This document shows, piece after piece, positions 40,540 to 54,363 of a stretch of 64,000 bases of DNA. The notes under the pieces were generated by a model. The model searched no databases. It saw only the letters and a list, made by a program, of their open reading frames with translations, and was not told the origin of the DNA. Made by a program: the position numbers and the translations under genes. The stretch's first letter is position 1, and each line of letters begins with the position of its first letter. The stretch lies in NCBI GenBank assembly GCA_964016885.1, contig OZ024740.1:97836001-97900000 (forward strand). Reading direction: 5' to 3'. Source of the DNA: Eledone cirrhosa. Taxonomy: Eukaryota.

Positions 40540-40980
40540 TCAGTTTTGCGACGAATGGAATTTATTGGACATATTACAATCGTTTCTCTGGCGACCAGCT
40601 CGAGGCACGATCGATGTGATGATCGAACCTGACTCGGAAAATTGCAAAGTCCTCAGATACGTCTTGATTCTATGAAGACTTTCGAACGCAGGGAGAAACC
40701 CTTCTTTGACAACAGAGGATGGGAGCTCCCTAAACTTCTTCCACCCCGTCCTTATTATAGATACTACGGCCTAATAGGAAAATATGCTTCGTAGAATCAA
40801 GACGTATCTGAGGACCTTGCACTTTTCAGAGTCACGTTCGCTCATCACATCGATCGTGCCTCGAGCTGGTCGCCAGTAAACCGATTGTAATATGTCCAAT
40901 AAGTTTCATTCTTCGTAACACTGATTCGCTTTTTTTCTGTGCTATCATACTCTGCTCTATGAGAGCATCGAGTGCTCAAA
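40540..40980. repeat. Fold-back element with a hammerhead-like motif on each arm (40568-40663 minus, 40801-40896 plus) and a downstream hairpin
   Basis: Arms about 40540-40677 and 40787-40927; minus arm reads gacgtat-CTGAGGA-(long stem II region)-GAAAC-GATT-GTA^atatgtc; plus arm has GAAAC>TAAAC. Confidence 0.7.
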
Positions 40981-41007
40981 CGGCCTACCGCATAAACATC
41001 CAACACC

Positions 41008-41059
<52 letters not shown>

Positions 41060-41358
41060 ATAGGATATGTGTTCCTACACGCACAAGGCGCTAAGGGACA
41101 CATGTATTGTCCAACCATATGCCAATGTGGTTCAATGGCAGGTTAATAAATTAACGAGCCAGAACATATATAATCAAGGTTTAGTTTATATGTTGGTTGT
41201 TTACCGACACCTCAGTATGCAGATTGGAGCAGACGACGAAGTACGGAGGTTGGTTTGTTTACTCCGGGGTAATGTAAAATATTTAAGTCAAATACGTAAA
41301 ATTTGGCTTCGTTTATTATAAATTATAGATATACTGCTACATATATTTCGGTGACAGC

Positions 41359-41595
41359 CATAGCTAGGTAGATAAGTAATTAAAGTTTAATTAGAACTTC
41401 AAAAATAGATACCTTATAAATTGATTAATTTATTGATAGCTTATAAATTGATTAATTGGCTACTGTAGTTTACCGATCGATTAATGGTGAAATATATTTC
41501 TTTAATGAAATATATACAAGGAAGTTTAATCAATTTATAAGGTATCTATTTTTGAAGTTCTAGTTAAACTTTAATTAGTTACCTACCTAGCTATG
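41359..41595. repeat. Fold-back with ~70-bp arms
   Basis: catagctaggtagataagtaattaaagtttaattagaacttcaaaaatagataccttataaattgatta is mirrored at 41526-41595. Confidence 0.8.
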
Positions 41596-41791
41596 TGTGC
41601 TTACACATTTTTACAAATTATTCCCTGTGATTGTTTCATATGTTTATTTTAGATATATATATATATATGTGTCAATCAATTTCTAGTTGATATAAAATGC
41701 TTGGATTTATTCATTGGAATCTTGGAGCATATTGTACAGTGGATATGGCGCACGTCTCTCCGACATGACACCCTTAATTTTCTTTTGGCTA

Positions 41792-41837
<46 letters not shown>

Positions 41838-41890
41838 TATAAATATATTTATATATATAGAGATTTATTAAATATTTATATTTATATAAA

Positions 41891-43660
41891 TACGATATTA
41901 ACAAATGGAAACTATATTTATAAAACCATATTTATTTTATTATACATATTTCAAGGACACCACGTTAAATTATGGTGTGCTTTCATCAGACAAAATACAA
42001 TATAGATCAGTTTTATAAATAAATATTGACATACCCTTAAAAAATGCAACCATTACTGTTGGAAGCTCCCGGATAGTGGAGTTGTTTACTTATATTATTA
42101 TTAGTATTGGATATTTTTATTTTTTAAATAATTCGTTGGGTTACAGAGAAAGAAAAAGAAGTAGAGAGAGAAAAAGAGAGAAAGAAAGAAAAAAGAAAAA
42201 AAAGAGAGAGAGATACCAAAACAACAGAGAGATAAATATATAGAGATAGAGAGGAGACAGAGAGAAGGGGAGAGCCGAAAACACTAAGTCATATCTTGTT
42301 GAGTTAACTTAACAATTGAGATGAAATGAATAAATAAAATTTGAAATGTTAATAATCATGAATGGAATATACATATATAATATGAGAAATTAATCATTGT
42401 TTAAATATGATTAGATGTTTAGTTAATCATTTAAAAATTGAGATCAATATATTAAAAATTGTGATCTATACATTAAGAAATCCATATATTGCTAGAGAAC
42501 TACATATCATATAACACGTACACACACGCAAAAATACATATAAATATATATACACACTTATAAAATACTTACCATATCTAACTACGTATATAATATATAC
42601 ACAAAGCATAAAGGATTCTTTAATTTAATGTTATACACACTTTATGTTATTAAATACATTTTTTTAAATATATATATAGGATTACCTCGTATGTATTTAT
42701 GGCTGTTAATTATATGTCTATCTGTCAGGAATCATTGGGATAATCACTATACATAAGTGCAATCAAATTGTATGGATATACACGCACATGTATATATATA
42801 ATTCTCACAAATACATATATATACATGTGTGTGTACCCTCAGCCAATAGGTAGATACGCATCACGCATACATATACATACAGACAGACATATATTCATAA
42901 AAATGCATAGAACATATGAACATGTATGTCAATATACATATATACATATATACTCACATATAGAGAGAAGTATACATCAATACAGTACATAGTATAATTG
43001 AGTACATAAAATACAAAAGGATTATATTACAATTTGAAAATATAATTATAGCAATATAACTTTAAAATATTATAGAATATTTTAAGTTAAAATAATAGTA
43101 TGTTTAATAGATTTAGTATAGAAATTTATCTTACGTATATTTAACTCAAAATATTGAAAGGATAAACTTTCTAAAATATGAGAAGCTATCAGAACAATAA
43201 GACAACAATAAAAAATAAAAAAATAAATTAAAAATAAAAAAAAAATAAAATAAAAAATAAAAAAATAAAAAAATATATTTCTTTCTTTCTCTCTTTTTCT
43301 CTCCTTTTTCTTTCTCTGCAACCCAACGACTTATTTTAAAAATAAAAATATCCAATACTAATAATAATATAAGTAAACAACTCCACTATCCGGGAGCTTC
43401 CAACAGTAATGGTTGCATTTTTTAAGGGTATGTCAATATTTATTTATAAAACTGATCTATATTGTATTTTGTCTGATGAAAGCACACCATAATTTAACGT
43501 GGTGTCCTTGAAATATGTATAATAAAATAAATATGGTTTTATAAATATAGTTTCCATTTTTAATATCGTATGTTTACTCCAAATACTTGTTGAGTGCTTT
43601 ATATCAGTTATAAAAATATTTGCTTGTTGTATCCCAACAATTTAAATAGAACTTTTGCCT
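41891..43660. mobile_element. Non-coding element with ~295-bp inverted repeats, each carrying a hammerhead motif
   Basis: 41891-42190 is the reverse complement of about 43277-43571; 1.1-kb AT-rich spacer with no credible ORF; (TA)n flanks. Confidence 0.85.
43459..43534 (+). ncRNA. Minimal type I hammerhead ribozyme motif (mirror copy at 41928-42003, minus strand)
   Basis: atattgtattttgt-CTGATGA-aagcacaccat aatttaac gtggtgtcctt-GAAAT-ATGT-ATA^ataaaataaatat. Confidence 0.8.
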
Positions 43661-43679
43661 ATATTTATATAAATATATT

Positions 43680-43712
<33 letters not shown>

Positions 43713-43792
43713 TTATATATATAGATTTTCATTATATATATATTTTTATATATATTTATATATATATTTTTATAGATATTTATATAAATATT

Positions 43793-43894
<102 letters not shown>

Positions 43895-43944
43895 TATATA
43901 TATATATATACTTATTTTTATATATATATATATTTATATATATA

Positions 43945-44637
43945 AATATAAATTCATCGAGAATCGCATTTCGGAGGGAGAAAAAGCGAAACGTAACGCA
44001 AATTCAGAGTCATGCTGGCAAGCGCTCCATGGGCTAAAAAGACCAGAGCAATAAACATAGGTGATAAAGGCCATACAAATTGAAAAGGCGGTCAAGAAGC
44101 CATTAACCACCTTAGCCAAAAAACATGTCAAACTAAACAGGGCACACAAAATAAATGACATATACAGGGTTTCTGTGACACCTAAACCAATAATACTGTC
44201 TGCTTAAAACAATAAGCTTTTGGTATAATGATCGAACGAGGAATATCACGTTATCAACAGGTATTTTCTTCTGCGCCAGTGTTGCGGATGACACAGTGTT
44301 TTGTAAAGGCACATGTGTAACTCACAGGGGAAAAACCTCAGATTTTGGCAAATGAATTCAGTATGTGTAAATCCGCGCAAAAAATTGCATAAATAGCAGA
44401 AATCGAATAAGCTCTCGACCGGGTAGTTTTTAAAATAAACTTATGCAATTAATCTGTCAATAGAATTATTAATAGGTTAATTGTAAGACTCGGAAGATTA
44501 ATACAAATATGAATTCAGCGGGAATCGCATTTCGGCGGGTAGAAAAAGCGAAACGTAACGCAAATTCCGATTCATGCTGGCAAGCGCTCCATGGGCTAAA
44601 AATACCAGAGCAATAAACATAGGTTATAAAGGCCATA
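43945..44637. repeat. (TA)n-flanked non-coding element with ~130-bp direct terminal repeats
   Basis: 43945-44075 is nearly identical to 44506-44637. Confidence 0.8.
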
Positions 44638-45411
44638 TATATATATATTTTTATATATATTAAACTCGAAGGATATATATATATAAATTAGACAAAGTCA
44701 CAGATACATATATGCGTCGTTTGGCAACCATTCACGGTGTGGCTCAATGAAGAAACAATTAAATAATTATTAATCAGAGCAATTTATAAAAATGTAAGTC
44801 CAAAGAATCATTAGATAAAATATATACAGTATTTCCTCTCCCAATCAGTATAAATTAACCACACAAAAAATCATTTAAATGAGGCTATAAGTTTAAAATT
44901 TCCTTATAAAGAAATAATAGACAAATGATACAGATTCCTTTCCGCGATTTACAATCATATGACATTTACCTAGTATTTCTCCTAGCCTGTACAAATTGAC
45001 TAGACAAATAATTAACTACACGGAATTAGGTACAAAATTGAAGATAGAAGAAAAAAATTCACATAAATATTATCAAAATTCTCTTCGTCTCTACCAAACA
45101 GTGGTTTAGTTCCAGTTTTTGGATATATCTGGTTTGGATAAATCTACGAGGTTCGGAACTCATCAGCAGATACCCCAGACTGGACTAAGATTCTTCTACC
45201 ATGATCTCCGCCAGAAATGAATTCAAAATAGCTAAGAACCATCACGCGGCCAGTGTTCAAGGCAGAAGGTTTGCGATTGGTGTCTGTCGGCGAGTAGGCT
45301 GATTGCTAGAAAGCGCAGCCGAATACTGCCTAGAGTTTTACTCAAACTTACGGGAGTATATATTAGATTCAAAGGGTATATATAAAGAAGGTTCTTAGCC
45401 ATTTTGAATTC

Positions 45412-45660
45412 ACATTAACATTACACCAAAACACATCAAAACAGAAACAGACCCCATCAAGTTCAAGAAGTCTTTGAACAAATTCCTTCAAGAAATCCCG
45501 AATCAACCTCCTACACCCGGATATCCCTCCGTAAACAATAACTCTCTGCTCGAGTGGGCCATAGGGCCCAAACCCTCATTTGTAAGACTTCGCCAGGTGG
45601 TGCTATTAAGTTAGACATGGCTGGGCCAATACTTGCCGAAAGTATCAAAGTTATCAAACC
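45412..45660 (+). mobile_element. CR1-group LINE 3' terminal fragment
   Basis: NITPKHIK...KFKKSLNKFLQEIPNQPPTPGY..NNNSLLEW followed by a short 3' UTR. Confidence 0.6.
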
Positions 45661-45687
45661 TATATATATATATATATATATATATAT

Positions 45688-48426
45688 CATCATCATCATC
45701 ATTTTACGTCCGGTTTTCCATGCTTGCAAGGGTGGGACGGGTTGTATTCAGCACAGCATCTCTCCATTTGTCACGGTCTTTCATCATCTCCTCCGTGAGT
45801 TTCAGCGATCTTCTCTCACCAACTCCACCCATCTTTTTCGTGGTCTTCCTCTACTGCGTCGTCCTTCAACTGGGATTTCTTGGCACTTCTTCCAACCCGT
45901 CCTTATTCTAGATACTATTGCCTCGGAACTCCCCACTACCATGCTAATCTGATGACCTATGTACCAGAAGCTATCAACCACCTCTATAGAACCCACGTGC
46001 ATTTGAAAAGTGTGTCTATCACTGTGATTACTACTGCCAACTTTCCCTGTACATCTACTGCATGCGTAGTTTCCCTACCTGTTAGTTTGCCTGCTATCCC
46101 ACTACATCTGTTGCGTACCCAAGATCGGCATTGCGTACATTTTATTGAATTTATGCCAGTTCCTTTTCTACATATTGAACATGGCCATTTCCCTGATGGA
46201 ATCAGAGTTTTATCCTCTATTCTACTTATCCACACTTTTGTCTTAGCTATGTTCACTCTCAGTCCTCTTGATTCCAACTGCTGTTTCCATAGCCAGAATT
46301 TATTCTCTACCACCTCTATTGATTCTGCTATAAGAACCAGATCATCAGCATAGAGAACTTCCCAAGGGCAACCAGTCTTAAACTCCTGTTATGGCTTGGG
46401 GGACTATAATGAACAAGAGCGAGCTGAGGACCGAAACATGATGTACACCTACTTGTATATGGAATTCCTCACTAAACTCCATTACTACTCTTACTTTACT
46501 GACAGCAACTCTGTACATAGCTTGCACTGTCCTCACACGCCCTTCCTCTACACCTAGTTTCCTTAGAGACAACCAGATGACAGATTGGGGTACCCTATGA
46601 AAGGCCCTCTCTAGGTCAACCAAATCTAAGTATAGTGGCTTATTCTTTTCTATGAACCTCTCTTGTGGTTATCTCACTAAGAAGAGAGCAACAGTTGTAG
46701 TTTTCCGAGACACAAAATCAATCTGCATCTCATCTAATCAGTTGCGCTAATATTCTCTCTGCCACTTTCATAAACTTATCCATCAGCTTTATACCTCTCT
46801 AATTGTTCCTCTCCAGAGCATCCCCTTTATCTTTGTAGCAATTTATGAGAATACTGCTGCACCAGTCTTTGGGTATGACACCGCCATATATAACTTGATT
46901 GATGATGCGTGAAACCAGTTTAGCGCCTACTTCTCCTGATGCTTCAACATCTCAGCAACTATCCCCGACGGTCCAGCAGCCTTACCATTTTTCATTTCTT
47001 AATTGCCTCTTGGACCCTATATTCATCAATCTCAATAGCTGGTCCCTCTGTTGGGTCTACTGTGGGTAATTTCTATCTCTTCCATTCGTCCTCCACATTC
47101 ATCAGTCTCTCATAATGACATTTCCACGCCTCCTTTTTTTGATCGTTCGTGACACTAAGTACACTGGCATCATTCCGGACCCACTTATCTCCTACAACAA
47201 CCTGATTTGCACTGTCACACCGCACGTCTCTGATCTTCCCATTGCAGAACATTGGCAAACCTTTACTCTCAGCCTCCCTGCGTGCTAATTACACCTGACG
47301 TCTAGCTTCTCTCTTAGCGGCTTCTCTCTTAGCGGCTATAATAGCCCTATCTACCGTGCTGTTCCACCCCCAGTTCCCTCTCTGTCTGGTTGAAGCTCTT
47401 CCCCAGCCACAAGTTTCTTCAGTAGCCTGCAGTAACTTGTCACGTAATAAATTCCAGCTATCATCTATGTCATACGACTCTAAATCATCTTCTTTTTCCT
47501 CATACGCATCTTGAAGGGCTTTCCTAAATTTATATTTCAGTGAAAAGTCTTTTCGCTTCCAGATCTTTCATTTCCACACCTTCCTGTATGGCGCATTCTT
47601 TCTCTTGCTTACTGAGATGTTACTAACGACTAACCTATGCTGTGGGGTACATTCTTCCCCGGCGTATGCCTTAGTATTTGACACCACCTGTCTGTCTCAC
47701 TGCCTAACTAGCAGGAAGTCAATCTGGCTTATGTGCTCGCCTGATTTGTAGGTTATTAGGTGGTTGGTAGGCTTCTTGAAGTTCGTGTTGCAAATGGTTA
47801 GTGCATTTGCATCACAAAATTCAAGAAGCCTCACTCCTTCTTCATTTATTGAGCTGTAACCGTGCCCAACATGTACCCTTGTGTATCCATCCTGGAGTTA
47901 TCCAACATATCCATTGAAGTCCCCTGCTAGCATAACGATGTCTCCGTCCTCTGTTATTGTCGCTGTCAGTAAAAGTTGCTCATAAAAGCAGTCTTTCTCT
48001 GCTTTACCTAGGCCTGCCTGGGGAGCATAGGCAAAGATGATTGTCAGTAGTTTCTTGGCTACAACTAATCTAAGTTTAATTATTCTATTACTAACTCTAA
48101 CTACCTCTATTGTCTTTTCGATACCTCTCTCAGCCAGTAAAATGCCCACCCCACCTATACCATCATTAATTACCCACCCAGAAAAGCTTATAACTAAGAC
48201 GTTTGCCTGTGATTATACTTGCAGAGGCACCTCTCCATCTCACCTCTTGCACGCAGCACATAACCACATGCCTTCTCTCCAGCATCTCCAATACCTCTCT
48301 AGATCTACCTGTTAGCGTGCCAACAATGAGTGTGGCAAATCTGAGATGCGAAGTCTTCATATTCATGTTCTTGTTCCTGTTGAGCGATTGCTAGATCACT
48401 GCCGGGGGGTTCTCGCACGGCCGCGC

Positions 48427-48428
<2 letters not shown>
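45688..48428 (-). mobile_element. Degraded, internally deleted RTE (PHD-type) copy
   Basis: LRFATLIVGTL..CVQEVRWRG, FAYAPQ, AGDFNG, VDLERAFHRV, WPCSICRKGTGINSIKCTQC; (CAT)n tail at 45688-45702. Confidence 0.88.
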
Positions 48429-49220
<792 letters not shown>

Positions 49221-49451
49221 CACATATATATATATATAATAATAAATACAATATCGGAGAAAGCTTTTTAGCGATACTCCGGCCAAATTCCAACTCACTC
49301 AACAAACATTAGGAAATAAGTGATTATATTTCCAATTATGTGTTCGGGGTGCTAACTAAAAGTATTGCGTATTATTTCAAATGTATTATTTCAAATGAGA
49401 CATATCTAATATATCTCTTCCCAGACGGACGTCTCGTTTCATATATATATA

Positions 49452-50385
49452 AGTGGTTACACAACAGTTATTTCACCATACCGAGAACAATTGTTTCACC
49501 TTAGCGGATCCTCAGCAGCTCGGAATGGGCATGGTTATAGGAACAGGAAGGACAACCGTACGAACGGGCATGCGTAGAAACTCGGTCACTTCACACAGGC
49601 AATACTAGACTGCGTGCGAGAGGTGTAAGGCAATACTAAACTGCGAATGTCCGAAACATTTTTAGGTTGAAAATAAAATTAGAAAGAATCGGTCCGGAGC
49701 CTTGTAGTTATGCAATAGGTGTTTGGCGACGTGTGGACAACGTGTCAAAAATTCAATTCTCGTGTTTAGGCAATCACTATTGCGTAGTCTCTTTAGAATA
49801 GTTATTTGTTCGTCAATTCATAAGCCGCACGTCGGATTTCCCCTTGCGTATGGCTTGGACTTAGTGATGGCTTTCTATTGAATGGAGTAGTCTATACTTG
49901 AGTCCTTGAGGGACCATACGTGGCTCGCGAGTTTCGTGGATGAACGTCTGTCCGGGTATCTGAAGGTAGATTAGTGGTTCATGAAACGTTCCTTAAATCG
50001 GCCCTTCGCCATGCCCACATAGGATTTGACATCCTGTGGTTCGTTTGGTCGGTTGGAAGTGACCACAGCTTCATAAATTACAGCTGGTGTGTTGCATTGC
50101 TGTTGAAGGGGGAAAGCTTCAGGCTTACGGCAAGAGCACCCTGGTGGGGTGTTGCTCCTAGGGCTGCTGGTGATGTGGGCCTTCATGTTCTTAGCGCAGA
50201 AGTATCCTAGTTTAACCTTGTGCCGGTTAAAGATGGAGCGGAATTTATGACCTATGGGGAAGTGTCTATCTAAGTGGGCTAGACATTTTTTGCCTACATT
50301 GGTTTTAACGTTGAGTGAGAAGGGAGGAGAGAACCAGAGAGTTTTTTTCTATTGTTGCGCTTACTTTTCTTAATGGTGTTGTTCA
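49452..50385 (-). mobile_element. Penelope-like element 3' fragment (linker + GIY-YIG + 3' repeat)
   Basis: LWFSPPFSLNVKTNVG..HFP..IFNRH; CSCR...VIYEAVV...KSYVGMAKGRFKERFMNH; TKLASHVWSLK; CGL. Confidence 0.85.
49476..49528 (-). ncRNA. Hammerhead motif in the PLE 3' repeat (3-nt insertion before the core)
   Basis: ccattccgag-ctg-CTGAGGA-tcc gctaa ggt-GAAAC-AATT-GTT^ctcggtatgg. Confidence 0.7.
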
Positions 50386-50479
50386 TATATATATATATAT
50401 ATATGAAAGTAAACAGAAAACAAATAAACAAAAAAAGACGTGCAAGTGAAGAGGCAGTACAACTGTTATTACATAGTTA

Positions 50480-50938
50480 AGATTCAATTCAATTCAATAT
50501 ATTTGGCAGAAAATAAAACATAAATGCTTCAGATGCCATGTAAGGAGGGGGGAGGGAAAACATTTACACAGTCGGAAACACAGTGGCCCAGCACCGGTCC
50601 AATTTCGCCTTGAATTGTGCGTGGTTGGCGCGTTGACTACTTCTTCTGAAAGCCGATTCCAGGGTCCAGAGATGCGGATCGAGAAAGCAGCTTTTCGTCT
50701 ATTTAGGCGAAAGCGGCGTTGAAACAGCTTTTTGTCATGTCCACGTAGACCCCTTTCAAGTGCCAGAGTAAATAGGAGATCTTGAGGGAGATCGTAATGG
50801 CCATTGAAGAGATTGTAAGCCAAACTGAGATGGTTTCGTAGCCGTCGACGCTCCAAGGAGAAGAGGTTCAGCTTCTGCAGCCGGCTTTCGTAGGACAGCT
50901 CAAGAAGACCCTGTACAATTCGAGTCGCAAGATGGCGT
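50480..50938 (-). mobile_element. CR1-like LINE 3' fragment with (TTGAA)n tail
   Basis: ATRIVQGL.ELSYESRLQKLNLFSLERRRLR...LRGH...FSIRISGPWNRL. Confidence 0.85.
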
Positions 50939-50984
50939 AGGACAGAACAAAGGAGAAGCACAAAAACAAAGAAAATAATCCCCA

Positions 50985-51027
50985 GTCACTGAAGAGATTA
51001 CAGAATGTGTGACGAAAGAACTTTGAC
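50985..51027 (+). ncRNA. Minimal hammerhead motif upstream of the 51130-51240 repeat
   Basis: gtca-CTGAAGA-g(a)ttaca gaatg tgtgac-GAAAG-AA-CTT^tgac. Confidence 0.6.
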
Positions 51028-51790
51028 AATATATAAACAATTATCTGGTTGTGGAACCAACCAACCAACCGGAAATTTGTAAATTCCTAAATTTATAAAT
51101 TTATTATAATAAATTGAAGTGAAAGCAACTGGTGCGTGTGTTACTTACTGGCAACATGACCCTCCCAAAGTATAACAATATCGGTTTCAACACACGTTTT
51201 CAGATAAAGAATCTTGCTAAACAAATTCAGAAACGAAATATATATATATATGTATATATATATTAATAAGAGGAATTCCAACTTTGTCTGATTTACTCGT
51301 TTTATTTACAATCCTTTAAAATATATATAATGGTATTATAATGAAATAGTATGATAGAATATTAAATTCTAAGTGTTAATTGAACAAGTACTTTCATGCT
51401 TTCGCAATCTTCAGGTTCATGATATGTGGTGACAGTCGAGTTTGCAATTTTCAACTGTAATGAGATGGGTAAATTTCCTACCTTTTATACATTTTATACA
51501 GAGAAAAGTGGCTCCAGAATGCAAAGCCCTGTAAACTGTATTTCGACCAATCAGTGTGTAGTTTCACTGAATTACTACAGCTGATTGGTTTAAGCGTCAC
51601 GGCTGGTTGAGCATGCTAACGACCAATAGTCATATCCAACGTATCAATTGTTTTGCTTTTTGAAATGATGAAAATAGCATTTTCTATTAATCATCACCAT
51701 CAACATCACTTTTATTATTATTATTATTGTTGTTGTTGTTGTTAGTGGTCGTGGTCATAGTGGTACTAGAAGTAATACCCCTAGGCGTTA

Positions 51791-52903
51791 TTATTGTTCA
51801 TTTAGCTTGGGTTTGAATTTATCAATAAAATTCTTTTCTTTGATTTTTCTCTTGATTTCACAGAATGGGAATATTATAAATATTCCCTGACCACATGTTG
51901 CCAGGTGGCCGCTTAGGGGTATCTGACGGACATTTGGGTCTCTGATTTGTTGACGGTGTACCCGTGCACGTTCCGATAGTGCATTTCCAGTTTGACCGAC
52001 ATATAGTTCTTCACAATTCGGGCATTTAATGCAGTAAATTAGATTTCTGCTTTTGCAGTTCATATTTGCATTTGGGAATATTTTTCCAGTTTTTGTTTTC
52101 ATATATTGACCGGCGTGTATGGATTGACATGTGCCGCATCGATTATCATTGCATTTAGATACAGTGAATGATTGGTCTTTGTTGTTAAGGTCAAACTTTG
52201 CTTTTGTTAGCAATTGCTTCAAATTTGTTGGCTGTCTTTTACTAAGAGTCAAAGATCGATCTGTGATTAAGCCTTTTAATTCATTACTTTGAGCAATGAT
52301 CTGTAGGTTTGCTTTGGCAGTGTTGAAGATATTCTGGTGACATGGGTTGTGTGTCATTATAAATGGTATGACCAGTTCTTGGTTTCTTCTTCCTTGGGTT
52401 GTTCTAAGTTGTTGTATAGGTATTTTTATAGCCCGCTGTATGCCATTTTCTATAAGTAGAGATGGGTATTTTTGTTTGAGCAAAAATTCTCTTAGTTCTG
52501 TTAGGCGTTTGTACCTGGTATTCGTATCTTCTACAATGGTACAAATTCTTCTGGCTAGGCAGTATGGGATGTTGCGTTTTGTATGAGGTGGATGGTACGA
52601 CTTAAAATTCAGATATTGATGGGTGTCTGTGTGTTTATAATATATATCCGTGGTAATGGTGGTGTCGTTTTTGATTATCATTATATCTAGGAATGGTAAT
52701 TTGGTCCTACTCATCTCTTTTGTGAATTGGAGAGATGGGTGTAGGTTATTCAGGAGGATATTGAACTCATCCAGAGTATCTAGAGATTCTGTCCAGATGA
52801 TGAAACAGTCGTCAAGGTATCTCTTACAAGATTTTTCAATGTACTTTCTAAAGTCAGTACTATATTTTTCCTCTATTTCTTGGTAGAACAACAACTCTAC
52901 CAA
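51791..52903 (-). CDS. Inverted duplicate of the truncated PLE ORF
   Basis: Mirror image of 52880..53992. Confidence 0.85.
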   Translation of the reverse strand: MVELLFYQEIEEKYSTDFRKYIEKSCKRYLDDCFIIWTESLDTLDEFNILLNNLHPSLQFTKEMSRTKLPFLDIMIIKNDTTITTDIYYKHTDTHQYLNFKSYHPPHTKRNIPYCLARRICTIVEDTNTRYKRLTELREFLLKQKYPSLLIENGIQRAIKIPIQQLRTTQGRRNQELVIPFIMTHNPCHQNIFNTAKANLQIIAQSNELKGLITDRSLTLSKRQPTNLKQLLTKAKFDLNNKDQSFTVSKCNDNRCGTCQSIHAGQYMKTKTGKIFPNANMNCKSRNLIYCIKCPNCEELYVGQTGNALSERARVHRQQIRDPNVRQIPLSGHLATCGQGIFIIFPFCEIKRKIKEKNFIDKFKPKLNEQ

Positions 52904-53992
52904 GAAATAGAGGAAAAATATAGTACTGACTTTAGAAAGTACATTGTAAAATCTTGTAAGAGATACCTTGACGACTGTTTCATCATCTGGACAGAATCTC
53001 TAGATACTCTGGATGAGTTCAATATCCTCCTGAATAACCTACACCCATCTCTCCAATTCACAAAAGAGATGAGTAGGACCAAATTACCATTCCTAGATAT
53101 AATGATAATCAAAAACGACACCACCATTACCACGGATATATATTATAAACACACAGACACCCATCAATATCTGAATTTTAAGTCGTACCATCCACCTCAT
53201 ACAAAACGCAACATCCCATACTGCCTAGCCAGAAGAATTTGTACCATTGTAGAAGATACGAATACCAGGTACAAACGCCTAACAGAACTAAGAGAATTTT
53301 TGCTCAAACAAAAATACCCATCTCTACTTATAGAAAATGGCATACAGCGGGCTATAAAAATACCTATACAACAACTTAGAACAACCCAAGGAAGAAGAAA
53401 CCAAGAACTGGTCATACCATTTATAATGACACACAACCCATGTCACCAGAATATCTTCAACACTGCCAAAGCAAACCTACAGATCATTGCTCAAAGTAAT
53501 GAATTAAAAGGCTTAATCACAGATCGATCTTTGACTCTTAGTAAAAGACAGCCAACAAATTTGAAGCAATTGCTAACAAAAGCAAAGTTTGACCTTAACA
53601 ACAAAGACCAATCATTCACTGTATCTAAATGCAATGATAATCGATGCGGCACATGTCAATCCATACACGCCGGTCAATATATGAAAACAAAAACTGGAAA
53701 AATATTCCCAAATGCAAATATGAACTGCAAAAGCAGAAATCTAATTTACTGCATTAAATGCCCGAATTGTGAAGAACTATATGTCGGTCAAACTGGAAAT
53801 GCACTATCGGAACGTGCACGGGTACACCGTCAACAAATCAGAGACCCAAATGTCCGTCAGATACCCCTAAGCGGCCACCTGGCAACATGTGGTCAGGGAA
53901 TATTTATAATATTCCCATTCTGTGAAATCAAGAGAAAAATCAAAGAAAAGAATTTTATTGATAAATTCAAACCCAAGCTAAATGAACAATAA
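52880..53992 (+). CDS. 5'-truncated PLE ORF: RT C-terminal half, thumb, Cys linker and GIY-YIG endonuclease
   Basis: RYLDDCF, LPFLD, TDIYYKHTDTHQYL, CNDNRCGTC, NLIYCIKCPNCEELYVGQTG..LSERARVH; uninterrupted 370 codons; the start is a junction artefact. Confidence 0.88.
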   Translation: MVEQQLYQEIEEKYSTDFRKYIVKSCKRYLDDCFIIWTESLDTLDEFNILLNNLHPSLQFTKEMSRTKLPFLDIMIIKNDTTITTDIYYKHTDTHQYLNFKSYHPPHTKRNIPYCLARRICTIVEDTNTRYKRLTELREFLLKQKYPSLLIENGIQRAIKIPIQQLRTTQGRRNQELVIPFIMTHNPCHQNIFNTAKANLQIIAQSNELKGLITDRSLTLSKRQPTNLKQLLTKAKFDLNNKDQSFTVSKCNDNRCGTCQSIHAGQYMKTKTGKIFPNANMNCKSRNLIYCIKCPNCEELYVGQTGNALSERARVHRQQIRDPNVRQIPLSGHLATCGQGIFIIFPFCEIKRKIKEKNFIDKFKPKLNEQ

Positions 53993-54363
53993 TAACGCCT
54001 AGGGGTATTACTTCTAGTACCACTATGACCACGACCACTAACAACAACAACAACAATAATAATAATAATAAAAGTGATGTTGATGGTGATGATTAATAGA
54101 AAATGCTATTTTCATCATTTCAAAAAGCAAAACAATTGATACGTTGGATATGACTATTGGTCGTTAGCATGCTCAACCAGCCGTGACGCTTAAACCAATC
54201 AGCTGTAGTAATTCAGTGAAACTACACACTGATTGGTCGAAATACAGTTTACAGGGCTTTGCATTCTGGAGCCACTTTTCTCTGTATAAAATGTATAAAA
54301 GGTAGGAAATTTACCCATCTCATTACAGTTGAAAATTGCAAACTCGACTGTCACCACATATCA

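Noticed and set aside
45100-45190. CTGATGA within a hairpin on the minus strand
   Set aside because: Stem I is present but GAAA, stem III and the cleavage triplet are missing; counted only as a weak relic
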